Assembly (NCBI GenBank): GCA_013239625.1
Contig: MU054338.1
Span: 3,309,371 to 3,373,370 of the forward strand
Reading direction: 5' to 3'
From: Lama guanicoe
Lineage: Eukaryota
DNA: 64,000 nucleotides
Positions 26,295 through 39,016 of the stretch are shown one piece after another (position 1 is the stretch's first letter; each line of letters begins with the position of its first letter). The notes under the pieces are model-generated. The model did no database searches. It was given only the letters and a program-made list of their open reading frames with translations, and had not been told where the DNA came from. The position numbers and the translations under genes were made by a program.

Positions 26295-26490
26295 CCCAGT
26301 CTGTCCCCAGCACTGCTGACATCGGACGGTCACTCTCTGTGGGGCCGTTCTGGGCACTGTGGGGTGTGGAGCAGCCTCCCGGCCCCCACGCCCTCAGTGC
26401 CAGGAGCCCCCCATTGTGACAACTAGCAATGTCCCAGGTACTGCCCCGCGTCCCCTAGGGGCGGGGCCGCCGGGCCCGGACCGCTGACTT
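26295..26490. mobile_element. MER20 (hAT-Charlie) remnant
   Basis: cagcactgctgacat...gggcactgtggggtgtggagcagcctccc...ttgtgacaac...aatgtccc motifs. Confidence 0.7.
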
Positions 26491-27310
26491 AGAGTCTCTC
26501 CTGCAGCGGGGTCAGACGTGCTCCTTTCCCGCCGTCCCTCCTCTCCTCCTTCGGACGACAGCCCTCCTGTGCCCCTGTTCTGCCCACCTTTGCTTGAAAA
26601 TGGAGGTTTTCATCTTGCTTGAGTCCCCTGGCAGGGGAGGTGCTGGGGATGGCACGTCAGTTGGGTTGGGGCTTCAAGACCCCTTCCCGGCCTGTCCCTC
26701 CCTGCGCTGCTCTGCCGGGAAGGCGTCCCAGGCACCCCGCCTCCCAGCTCTGCCCGCGGCATTAGTGGCTGTCACTCTCACTTCATCGGTTTGCAGCTCT
26801 TCACCTTACATCTTTTCTATTTATGACAGAGTCTCAGTAATCTTTCAAATGTAAAATGTGTAAAAATAAAACTGATGAAGTGGTTGACAAATGAAATCTC
26901 TAGTTCTGGAGCTGCTTTTCCCGTTGGCCCCTTGGGCCGGGAGGACGGGCTGGCACCGCCGCAAGCTGGGATGCTTCCCGCCCTCCTCCGCAGTTCCAAT
27001 CCAGTGCTTTTTATTTTATTTTTTGCTTTTTAAGCCTCATCAAGGTTTAGTGCCACTTAACTGGGGATGTCTCCACTCCTGGCATTCCATGAGTGCGTCA
27101 CAACCCACTGAGTCCCTGGTCCAGGGCCTCTGCCTCCCCCCTCCTCCCTTCCTTGTGGCATCTCTCCCCCAGCCCCTCATGTGGAATGCAGCCCAGCTCT
27201 GCCCTGGGCTGAGCCTGCGTGTCTCCAAGTCCCCAGCCACGTCCCCAGGGACCCTCAACTATGCTGCGGCCACACGCTCTTACCTCTGATGTGCCTCCCT
27301 TCTCTCGTAG

Positions 27311-27360
27311 GTACGCCATCCCGCCGGAACATGGCAAGCGCCTGGAGCGGCTGGCAATCG
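27311..27360 (+). CDS. KDM4B: KDM4B coding exon (about exon 7, 50 nt, phase 2->1): (W)YAIPPEHGKRLERLAI(G)
   Basis: Acceptor ccttctctcgtag|G; donor ATCG|gtaggt at 27361; completes the TG|G Trp codon from the previous exon. Confidence 0.96.
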
Positions 27361-28606
27361 GTAGGTGTCTGGGGTCGGGGTGGGCGGTGGGCTGGCAGCC
27401 TCACCCTCCCTCGCTTCACTCTGCTGCCTGGGGGTCGGTTTCTGGGAGGGTGATGTGCTCTAGAGGTCCTGGGCTGTGTTCCACTGCCCTCGCGTTCAGG
27501 TCGTGGTACCCCTGCTGGGTCTGTGGCTTCACGAGAATTGCACAGATACCTTTGCTCCAGCACTCTTGTTTCCAGCCTCTCGCTTGGAGTTCGGGATGTG
27601 ATCACAGGCTCTGCGGGCTAGAGCAGCCCATGTCCTTGTCCCCCTCGGTGTTTGCCGCTGTGGCACACTCTTTTCTGTCTTGATGACATCTTTGTTCAGA
27701 CTCGAACACGAGGAGTCGTTGGGAGGTCCTCACCTGTGCAGTGTATCCCCGTGGTGACCGCAGGCCTGTCTGCTGTCCTGGGCAGGGTCAGGTTGCTTGG
27801 GCCCCCTCAGCAAACATCCCACTGCCTGGATTCAGACCCTCACTGGAGACTCTTAGGCCGAAGGGGTTTGACAGAGAGGGTCTCAGGCTGTGTCCGAAGG
27901 GTGCACTGACCACTTGGCAAAGACAGGCTCTCAGGGCATGGTACCCTTAGAGACAAGCCAGACACCTGGGGTGGACGGGCCTCTGGCCATCCTGACTGAG
28001 GGCCAGGCCGCAGTCCTACATTGCTCCCCGCCACGCCCACCCTGTGTCCCAGCAGAAGCCCTTGGGTCCCGCAGGGGGACGGTGCAGCCGAGAGCAGCCC
28101 CTGCACTGCAGGCAGCACCTGGGGTGGCAGTGAGGTTCTGCCATTCAGACAGCACAGGGCCTCTGGCCACCCTGACCTCCTGAGGCAGCAGCAGGTGGTT
28201 GGTCCCTCCGGGTTGCCATGGAATCTCCCGAAACCGTGGCTCGGCGTTGGCCCATCTCCTTGGCTGCTGGACGCATGCTCTTCCCCGTCTGCACTTGACT
28301 TTGTGCCCTGCAGTTTCCTGCTGTGTGAGCGACAAGGCCCCAGATGGGAGGGAGGCTGTTGGGTGAGTGGGGCAGGTGTCCCCGTGCCCGGCTTCTAAGA
28401 GGAGGCCCTCGTCATGTCGCCTTTTCTGCTGGAAAAACAGGGCTGGACCCGCCCTCGGAAACATGCTTCTCCCGGTAGAAGTTCTTGTTGGAGGAGGTCC
28501 TGGCAAAGGCCAGTTTCACTGACTGATTAAGTGTAAAAATGAAAACCAAATTAAATTTTTTCCTATTGTGTTTTTAAAAGTACAAATTAAAAATGCCTTT
28601 TCCTGT

Positions 28607-29130
28607 TGTACTAGTTTCCTGTTGATGTCACAGATTACTGTAAGCTCAGTGGCTTAAAACAACACAGAGTCCCTCAATTTTGCACTGAACCTTAAACTGC
28701 TCTTTAAAAAAAGTCCTAATTAAAAAATCCCACAGATTTATTTCTGGAGGTCAGAAGTCTGCAGTGAGCCTTTAGGGGCTAAAATCAAGGTGTCAGCAGG
28801 GCTCGCTTCCTGGAGGGTCCCTGGGGGATCTAATTCCTGTCTTTCCAGCTTCTGGAGGTGCCACATTCTGGGCTCAGAGCACTGTTACTCGTCTCTCTGT
28901 CTCCCTGGCCCGTGGCCTTCCCCTCCGTCTCTGTGCTCCAGTCTCCCTCTGCCTTCCTCTTATAAGGACCCTCAGAGGACACCCCCAACCCCGTGATCCA
29001 GGCCCACCCCCATCCCAGGGGCCTGAACTGAGTCCTAGCTGCAGAGTCCCTCTTACCCTGGAGGGCAGTGTACACAGATTGCGGGGATCAGGACGTGGAC
29101 GTCTGGGGGGCCACGATTCAGCCTCCCACA
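28607..29130 (-). mobile_element. MLT1 solo LTR with a short L1 3'-tip insertion (about 28670-28730)
   Basis: tgtactagtttcctg terminus, agtggcttaaaacaacacaga, tctggaggtcagaagtct, cctcttataaggaccct. Confidence 0.8.
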
Positions 29131-31096
29131 CCCGCAGAGCCACGGGGGTCGGCATGGGCACTCCCTGGGGCCCACGTCACTGGCATCCCGGGGCCTTGCC
29201 CATAGCTTCTCTGCTCTTCCTATTTAGAGGGGGATGTGCAGTTAGCCACATCCAGTCTGTTCTCCCTCTGTATGCTTTTTTTACGGACACCGAATCCTGT
29301 GGGGCGGGGCCCCGCTGACCCTGGCAGGTGTCAAGGCCGCTCTCCTTTGAGCTTGGCCTGTGCTCCCCGCCGTTCCCGCGGCCGGGCCTGCTGCTGTGTC
29401 CTTTCTGATGCCCGGACCCGGGTGGACCTGGACGCTGGCTTGCTTCCTGGGCATCTGTGGGAGGCTCAGTAGCTGGGCTGGGAGAGGAAGGGGGAAAGTG
29501 GGAGGCTGCCTCACCCTTGCTTCTTGAAAACTACAGACTCATTAAGCCCAGTCATTCCTGGGATTCCGGAAACAGGGTGTCAGCTCTGGATGAGGGTCAG
29601 GGGCCTCATCCTTCCCCTGCAGCCCCTCACCCAGGCCTGCTTTCCCCCTCCTTGGAGGAAGGACGAGGGAGGCTCCTGGGCAAATGACTCACTCCCCTCC
29701 TAGGTGTCCCTTCCCAACTTTTTGGGGGCGTATGTCCCAGACTCCATTATTGAGATGGGTGGAATGAGTTTGCGATTAATATGGAAAATGAATAGCTGTG
29801 CTCCGAATGGGCTCTCTGGGAGAGTTGTGCAGCCCACGGGGAGAGCATTAATGTGTTGGCGCGTTATTGGTGCTAATCACTTAAAATGTGTGCCTTTATT
29901 AGAGCTTTAATGAGAGCCACTTAAACTGTGCATTAAAAAGAGGAACTGCAGAGAGGCCGGCGGGCCGGGCGGCAGGCAGCCATAACTCTAACTGAAATGC
30001 TTTTAGTGCAGAGGGAAGTTGCTAGATTCAGTCATCCCTGCACTTTCCAGAACCTCCCATGGTCTCCTTGTGTCAGGAGCCTCCTCCGGCGTGGGCGTGT
30101 CGGGGGGGCCGTGCACTCTCCAGCTCGTGCACGCATACACGCACACAGCTGAGTGCGCCCTCTTTAACCCGTGACCCGTTGAGGGTGTCACCTTGCTGGA
30201 GGCCGGGACCGCCCTGAGTTGGCTTCTGGAAGGGTCCTGAGACCAGCCGTGCCGGGGGTGAGTCCTGGAGGGAGGTGGGTGCCGGGAGCACGTGCTGCAG
30301 CCGTGGGGACACAGCCCACACCCAGCGGGACCGCGCGGCCGCCCCCCCTCCTGTGCAGACTCTGTGCAGGTTCAGGGTGAGGAGCCCGGCCACCGAGGGC
30401 AGAACCCAGGACTGGCTTTTCCTTAACCACCAGTCACGCAGGTTGTTGATTTGAATTTCAGCCACAAGTGATTGGGGAAAATCCCTGCACTGTGTTAGTT
30501 AAGCATGGTTTCCGAGCAGGTAGAGCTGGTGGGGGGACTTCCGTGGGCTCACGGACACTGTTCTAAATTAGTTACGTGGCGTGCTGTAGGGCGGAGAGCC
30601 TACAGGCTGGGAACTCAGGCACAAGGTCCGGGGTGGGAGCCGTGGGCACAGGCCTGTATCGGGCCACCCTGCAGTTGCCCCGAGGGTCTGGGGCAGGGGC
30701 TGGTGGGTTGTTGGCCCAATCCCCCACGTCCTCCCTTGCCTGGTGGCCGGGGACCATGTGGGTAGAGAGCAGGGCAGAGCCGGTGCCTACTCAGGTGGCC
30801 TCCTTCTTTGGTGCGGTCAGTTTAGGGCCCGGGTGGGCCCCAGTCCTCACTGGTGATGACTTGCCTGCCTCCAGAGTGGCAGCTCCCGTGTCCTGTCTCC
30901 GGCTGTGCTCTCATGTGGCCGAGTGACCGTGTAGATGAGGTGCAGTGGGTTTGGTTTTGGGGGAGCTCGGGGGTGGCCTGGGCTCTGGGCAGCCGTGCCC
31001 CCACCTCGTGCCCTGTCTGTGACCGTGAGTGTGTGCCGTGGGTGTGCACCTCGTTACACAGGCAGCCCCGGCCTGTCCTCTGCTCCAGTGCGCTGA

Positions 31097-31426
<330 letters not shown>

Positions 31427-31841
31427 TAGGGCAGGGCCCCACTGATTGGCTGTTAGCCTCCAGCTTGTCCACGGTGGAGGGTGAGGTGAGAGAGGGGCAT
31501 TCAGGAGGGGCCTTGACTTTCCTTCCCACCCCCTCCCAAACCCAGATGTCTGTGGGTCCTGTGGATCGGGGTGGAGAGTGGACGGTGGGGGCAGCTCCTG
31601 CCGACCTCGCAGGAAGTACTGAGGAGCCAGGGTACCCCTCCTGGGAGCCCCTTCCCGCCCCCCATTCCCGGGGCCCACGGCCTTGGAGAGAATAGATGGA
31701 TACCTGCCTAGAAAGGAGCCACCTGGCTCTCCCGCCGTGTGAAGGCGGTAAACTCATGCAGTTTCCTGCTCCAGAGGCTGCTCCTCTGGTCCTCAAGGGG
31801 CTGAGGAGTGAGGCCAAGCCAGGAGCCTCTCCACCTGCGAG

Positions 31842-31926
31842 GGCGGTGGGCAGGTGGGCGGTGGGCAGGCTGGTGGTGGCAGGTGGGCAGGTGGACGGTG
31901 GGTGGTGGGCAGGCGGGCGGTGGGCA
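31842..31926 (+). repeat. G-rich degenerate tandem repeat (GGTGGGCA / GGTGGGC units)
   Basis: Directly visible. Confidence 0.85.
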
Positions 31927-33984
31927 CCAAGCCCCAGGGCCCAGCTGTTGTTCACTCCAGGCCAGTCCTTCCATGCGGACAAGCCTCCTGGACAGAGAGT
32001 CTAGGCCTGGGTCCCCAGGTGGGTCCACGTGAGAGGCACATGCCTGGAACTTTCTGAAAAGGCGTGTGCACCGTGTCACAGAGGGCAGGCGGGCTGAGGG
32101 GACCCTCCAGGAACTGGGCTTCTGCAGGTTTCCCCCGAGAGCGAATCGTCAGGCTCAGGAGCGAGTCCTGCCCACCAACCTTCATGCCTCCCTCTTGCCG
32201 AGCGTGTCAGCAAGTCGGAAATTGCTTCTGACATTTCAATCACACCGCCCGCAGCGTTAGCACGCAGACTGGGGATACAGCCTTTCTGCTCGGGCTGCGG
32301 CCGGGAGGCCACTGCCCCGCCGTCCCTCGCCTTCATTAGTCAGTGGCGTGTTTTGCTGTGAGAAACACAGCTTTCCCATTTTCCTTCGTCTCTCCTCTCT
32401 TCTGGCTGGAACATCATTCGTTAGCAGGCACCTTGCAGACAGATTGCAGTGTTGCTCACGGAAGTGAGAAGTACTTGCTCTCCCATGGGTTTGTCAGGGC
32501 CTTTCTCCAGAGTGGTCCTTCTTCCAGAGAGGGCCTCTGTCTGGAGGGCTTCTCCCAGGTTAGTGCCAGTGTGGCCCTGCAGTTTGGATGCAACTTGCCT
32601 GAGTGTGACTGACGGCCGTGGCCTCCTGCCCGGAGGGGCTGCTGGCTATTTGAGAGGCCAGGCCCGGCAGTGGGCAGCCACACCCCTCACACCAGGGTTG
32701 GCCCAGGCGTGGCCTCCTGGCTGGACAGAGCTTTACCCAGAGGCCTGGCCCTCCGTGTGCCGCTGGCCTCGGGACCTGGGCTCCCGCAGCGTCAGGCCCC
32801 AGGTGCGTACCCCTTTCTGGATTCCACGTGGAGCCCCTCATCTGAATTCCTGGCAGCCTTCAAAGAGTGACTCCTTGCGCTCCACTTATAAATCTTTGTA
32901 ATGGTATTTACTTCTAGGAGAAAAAGCAGATCAATAGCAGAGCTTTTTAATAATTAAAAGTGTGCGTTTCTGTGATCTACATTGACTTCCTCATTTGTTC
33001 TTCGAGAGCTCGCAGGAGCAGCCGACTTCTGCGCTTCCCCCGTGACTGGCGTCTGGGCTGGCGCTGCCTCCACTCTATTACTCTGCCTCACTGTCCATCA
33101 GTCATCCCAGGCGCCTCCTAATTTATTGTCAGGATAACGTTGACGGCGGTGACATGGAGAACAGCCACTGTGGGCTCGGAATGAAGCCACCGGGATGTAG
33201 ATTTTCTGACAGGAACATAATCTTCTTGTCATTCTAAGTGAGCGCTTCTTCTGTTCAGGGCCTTGATTCATGGGAAGGGTGGGGCAGGGGACCAGCGTGG
33301 AGCGTCCTCTCCATGTGGGGCCTCCGCTCAGCGTCGGGACCCTGCTGCATCCCTGAGGCTCCCTGGGCTCCAGCAGGCCAACCCGTGCTCCAGCGGAGAG
33401 AAGCAGCGTGTGCCCAGTGGTGCTGGAGGAGGAACAAGACAGCGCTTTCCAGGATCAGCTCAAATAGGATAAGCAGATCAGTAACTGCACCCAGAACAGC
33501 CCCAGCCCTGAAGGTTATTAGCCCGTTTCACTAGGCTGGGAGGCCTACGGCAGAAGCCAGCCCAGGGAACCCTCCCCGAGGACCGAGACTGGTGGCTTCC
33601 AGGCCCTGGGGACACCGCATGTCCCCTCCTCCATCTCCTGCCGTCGCTTCATCCTCGGAAGCAGCTGTTACTTGGACAGGAATTTAAAAATATAACTTAA
33701 TGCACAGTGACTTTCCTTGATTGGTGCAATTCATTATTTGAAAAGAAAAATATCTCCACGTTCTTACGGACTGGCTTTTCTCCAGGCTATGTCAGTTTTG
33801 ATTGATTTTTGACTCGGTGGTTGGCTTCTGGAAGTCTCCCCCAGCTTCCCCCACCTCCAGCTGCCCACTGTCCCCTGCCAGGGTCTGACTCCTCGTTGGT
33901 TACTTAGATGAATCCAGCGATTTCTACTCATCTCCCTGGGGTTATTAGCAGGCCCGAGAACTACAAATCAACGCCAAAGCAGTG

Positions 33985-34530
33985 AACCACCTCTGAGTAG
34001 GGGCAGGAGGCTTGGACAGACACACTTTGCAGAAGGCAGTGTGTGCAGGCACCAGCGGGATGCAGTGGGTGGCATCTGCAGACCTCGGGGAAGGCGCTGG
34101 CCAAATGGGCAGCCAGTGTGGAAGATCGCTAGACAGTTTCCTGAGGCTCCACTGTGCGCTGTGTCTGTTTACTCCAGAGAAATGCAAACACCTCCTGGAG
34201 AACACGGGCCCCCAGGACCCCACAGCTCTGTTCACAGGTCCCCAGACCCCGAACAGCCCGCAGGCCTGTCGCCAGGAGGTTGGGTGCGCACGTAACATAC
34301 GTCCACATGGCAGGAGACCTTTCAGGAAGGAAAAGGAGCAGACGGCCGACATGCACAGCAGGACGGATGAACCCCGAGGATGTGCCAAGCCAAAGAGGCC
34401 AGAGGCAGGAGTCCGGACGGTCCTGTCTGTGTCTGGAAAGCCCTGGAAAGACACGTAATCGGTGGTTGGAGAGTGCTGGAGGGGGAGCGTTTGGGGCCAT
34501 GGTCCTCAGAACTGTGTTCCACCCAGCGTT
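33985..34530 (+). mobile_element. Highly diverged, GC-shifted LINE-1 (L1M) 3' region
   Basis: tttactccagagaaatgcaaac, cagctctgttcaca, atgcacagcaggacggatgaacccc...aaagaggccaga motifs in L1 order. Confidence 0.6.
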
Positions 34531-35582
34531 CAGTCCAGGAAAGGACTGGCCCACCTGACTCCAGAGAGTCACTCCCGCACCACAGCTTCCATCCTACATC
34601 TGTGGATTGGCCCATAGCCCACCTTGCGTCCTGGGACACAGCAAGTGGGGACGGTGGCCGCTGTTCTTTATCATCCATCTTCGAAACAGCCGTCTGTTGG
34701 AGTCCTTGTTGGTGGACGTTGTCGTCGGGTGGCTGGGGCGGTCAGTGTGGAGTCGGCGGGGACCGGGTATGAGGCTGCAGCCCCACCTTCTCCAGGCCTC
34801 GAGGCCGCAGTTCTGGAAGCCTCAGTCTGGTGTCGTGGTCTCCACCTTGGTCATTCATGCCCAGCTCCTTGGTTTGGGGTCTCTGCTGCAGGGGCTGGAC
34901 CAGAGTCTGGCCGTCCAGACCATTTTGAATAGGTCTAGAAGCAGCAGATCGTTCTACAGGCTTCTGACTTTGCACATGTCCTTCGGCGCACTGTTGGCCT
35001 CTTTGCCCTCACACGGAAGGACCCACTTCTTAGGATGTAGTGGACAGGCTCTGTGCTTGCAGCAGCGGAGGCACGTACGTTTTGTGCGTGGGACTGGTTG
35101 TTCTCTCTCGCGTGAGGGCAGGCTCGCCCCTGCCCTGTGCTCTGTGGGCTCTGCAGCCTGGCCAGCGCTGACTGCCCCGCCCCGTCTGCCCCGCCGCTGC
35201 CCCCAAAGCAGGAGACCCTCTCTAGCCTAACAAGAAGTGCCTCGAGCCCTAGCCTGGAGCAGCCCCTCTGCCCTTGCAGCTCACCCCCCTGGAAAGCGCA
35301 GCCCGTCTGTCACCTCGGGCCGTTGCCTCGAGCTGCGGGCCCGGCTGTAGCCTGTGGGGTTCTGGAGCTCCCTTTCACTTGCTGGATCCCGTTGGCTGCC
35401 AGAGTCAGGCTCCCTGGTGCTTGCTGGGGAATCCTCAAGCCCATGGCCCCTGCTGTGCTCCTTGGTGGCGTCCTGTGGCTTTGTCGCCAGCCAGTGACTC
35501 CCCGTGTCTGGCGTTGCTTCCACACACAAGTCCCGTTGGTCCTCACTCTGGGCCTCACCCTCACCTGTTGGCCTCTCCCCAG

Positions 35583-35720
35583 ATCACGCAGGAGGCGGGG
35601 GAGTTTATGATCACGTTTCCCTACGGCTACCACGCCGGCTTCAATCATGGATTCAACTGTGCCGAATCTACCAATTTCGCCACCCTGCGGTGGATCGACT
35701 ATGGCAAGGTGGCCACGCAG
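35583..35720 (+). CDS. KDM4B: KDM4B coding exon (about exon 9, 138 nt, phase 0->0): [46 protein letters not shown]
   Basis: Acceptor ctctccccag|ATC; donor CAG|gtaagt at 35721; third Fe ligand His in GYHAG. Confidence 0.98.
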
Positions 35721-38689
35721 GTAAGTGCCCACAGACCCCATGACAGGGTGGAAATGGGGCACGGCCCCCCGCCGGCTCCTTCAGCCCAGGGCCTGGGTGG
35801 CAGCCGGACTCTCCCTCGGGGTCTGTTTCTGGATCCTCAGCAAACTTGTCCCCAAAATGTTCCTGACCTGGAGGCACAGGGTGGGGGCGTGGGCAGGTTG
35901 GGCCTGGGGCTGCTGCTCCCTTCTGGTGGGATCGGGGAAGACTTGTTCCTTGTTAGTTGACACTTCTGTTTAGGGGCTGCCTGGTCAGACTTGGGGTCTG
36001 CTCAGGCCCCAGTGCCCACCTTCGCCCCCTCCAGCTTCCCAGAGGGGCGGGGCACCCTGCAGCTCAGACCTGCTCAAGCCTGAGGGCTGTCTGCTGTGTT
36101 CCTGTCGCCAGAGGTCAGTGGAAGCCCAGGAGACTCCTTCGATTTTCCTCAGTAATTTGCTGTTCTGGTCCCAGAGGGCTGTTACCGGCCAGCAGATTTG
36201 ACATCTGAAGCAAGTGCTTGTTCTCTAATTCCTTTACCCCCGCACGCACTCATCTGTGGGTTTGATGGACAGCAGGGGTCATGAGGCCCTGTGATGGCGA
36301 GTCCGGGGAGCAGCTGCGCGGGCCCTGGAGGGAAGGAACAGGAGGGCTGTCGGGCGGGTTGCCGGGACCGGCGCCTTCCTCCCAAGACTGGCACTGCGGC
36401 TGCCCTGGAGGAAGCTGCCCTCTCTGCCTGTCAGGCTGGGCCCAGGCCATGTGGTCCCAGCTCACAGGTTTCCCCCCTTCAGCCGTCTGGCTTCACGGCT
36501 GTAAGGCTCCTGGCCGTCAGCAGCGTCTCTCACTGGTGCCGGGCTTATGGAGTGGGAGCAGGCCCTCCTGCTGGGCCCAGACAGCTGAAAATGGGGTGCT
36601 TCCTGCAGCCTCCCGAGCCGGAGCCTTGGGGTTCCTCCACAGAATCGCTCAGCCTGTTCTGAGTCAGGGCCCAGGGTTAGGGCAAATGGTGGGCTTCTCC
36701 CAGACCCAGGAGTGGGAGCCATGTGAACGGGAGGCCCTAGAGCCCAGATCCAGATTCGTTCAGCATTGTCCAGACTGCAGACCTTTGCAAAAGAGGGTCT
36801 AGGCCACGATCGGGTGTCGTGGCCTGGAGATGTGGCCCAGGGGAGGGGCTGGGAGCGTGAAGCACCCTAGTCCAAGACGCAGCTCGTGGCGAAGAGCAGG
36901 AGAGCCCGCACCAGGGCTGTTCAGGGCGGTGGCAGACTGATGCTTTTGAGGATTGGGTTAAACAAGTTAGATCCTTCAAGTGACTGTTGCCTGTTTCTTC
37001 TCACATTTGAATGGGGTGAAAAATTAAGATTAAGAAAGCTCAGATCCCACAAGTGACTTTATGTCAGGTCTCCACTGGGCAGTGGGGTCTAGATGGGTTG
37101 GCTGGTCTCTGTCTTTCTGATGATCTGTTTCTCTATTTTTGCTTTGTCAGCGCAGTTTGGAAAAGGAAATGGCTTTGTAGCCAGGGCGACCGGGGACGTA
37201 AAGTGCTGTGCTTTTTATACTTAATTCAGAAAATTGTGGTGGGATTGTCTTTGGTAGAGGCTCTGGCTTCGCTCAAAGAGGAGACGCTGGGACGTCAGGA
37301 TTTGATCTGAAGGAGTAATTATTACGCAGCCCAGGGCGTGTTTGCATTACTGCTGAGAGTCCCCGGGCTGCACGTGTTGTGACCACCCTGACGCCGCGGG
37401 GGCTGCGATGGCGTCGTCGGCCCGGCCCGGGGCTTGTCCTGGAGGTGATGGAGGAGCTGACACTGCGGCTGGGCTGGCGGGACCACCCGGATGTTGAAAG
37501 CAGTTCTGAGTTCAGCCGTGTGTTCACAGACAAGTGACATTTGGGAAGTGCAGCCCTAGATTGGGCCTCCACGCTTACATTGCTGGGCGGCGTAGCGTGA
37601 AATTACTGAGCAAGTGACGTGCGGTGCTCCCAGCCAGCCTGGGCTCTGGTGGGGATGTCAGGCGCCATGTGGCCCCCTCACAGAGCCACTCCAGCTGCCC
37701 GGGCATGGCAGCTGGAGGCATGGGGTTCTGCCAGGAGTGGCCACTGGCCACGGGGTGCCCGTCCATGGCCATCCTGATGTCAGCTTCCAGGGTTTTTGGT
37801 GGTGAAACGGGACAGCAGGTCCCGGCTCTCCAAGCTCCCCTGCCCAGTAACTAGTTCAGGCTGGAGAGGCCGCCGAGGCACCTGGCCTTACAGATAACAA
37901 GCTCAGGGTATTGGAGGCAGGGGACCATTCTGTGCAGTGGTTCTGGGGCCTGCGGATTTAAGGGGTGGGAGTGATGCAGGTAGGAACCCAGGGCTCCCTT
38001 CCTGCTAAGCAGGGGCTTCTCTCTGCAGCCTATGCCCCACCTCGTCCACGTTTAGGGGCTGGTTCCTCCAGCACACTCATCTGAACACAGCCAAGGGGGA
38101 GAATTTCCATATCAGTAGGAGGGGCACCCTGTCCCTAGCGGGCCTTGAGCATCCTCGGGCCTGGGCAAGCGTCCACACTCACACCCACACTCAGCACCCA
38201 GCAGCTCCTGGGAAAGCCCATCCTGATGACAGGGCTGCCTGCTTCTTCATCCTGGACTCCTGCCGGGAGTGCCGGACCACCCGGCACCGTGGGGGAAGAC
38301 CCTTGCTTCCTGGGCTTTCAGACATGTGGTGGGGCCGGAGGCGCGGCCAGGGCTGGGACTCCACCCAGAGGGGAGGTCTGTGGAAGGAACTTGCCCCCAT
38401 TGCCATACCTGCGCTGCAGCACCAGCAGGGAATAGCAAGGGCGTTTCTGTGGATGATTAGAACCCCAGCCCCGGGTCAGGGCCGGCGAAGTCCCCACCCG
38501 AGGCTGCAGGGCTGGACAGGGCCCCAGAGGAGGAGGCAGTGACTAGAGGACAGAGTGGCAGAGGAAGGCTTTCACAGCCTCCGGGAGGGGCGGGCGACTC
38601 ACTGCTGGCTTCGTCCTCCGCCGAGGAGATGGGGAAGGAAGAACACGCACTGTCAGAAATCAGATGAAAGAAAGGGAAGTAGACTTTCC

Positions 38690-39016
38690 ATTCCCACCCC
38701 TGACGCAGCCAGGAACAGGGCTGCACCGCCGATGGACCTCAGATACGCGATGCTCAGTAAGAAAACCAGACACAGAAGGACTCACTATGCGTGACTCTAT
38801 GGATGTGAAACGTCCAGAACAGGCCAGTCCACAGACACAGAGAGTGGGTTCCTGGCAGTCAGGGGCTGGGGGAGGGATGTTAAGCGGTACAGGGCTTGTT
38901 TTGAGGGTAATAGAAATACTTTAAAATTGACGGTGGTGATGGGTACATGACTCTGTGAACATAAGTGGATTGCGGGGCATGTGAATTACATCTCAATGAA
39001 GCTGTTAAAAAAAAAA
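38690..39016 (+). mobile_element. LINE-1 (L1MB-like) 3' end with poly(A)
   Basis: atgtgaattacatctcaatgaagctgttaaaaaaaaaa terminus; reverse complement resembles 2040-2350. Confidence 0.85.
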
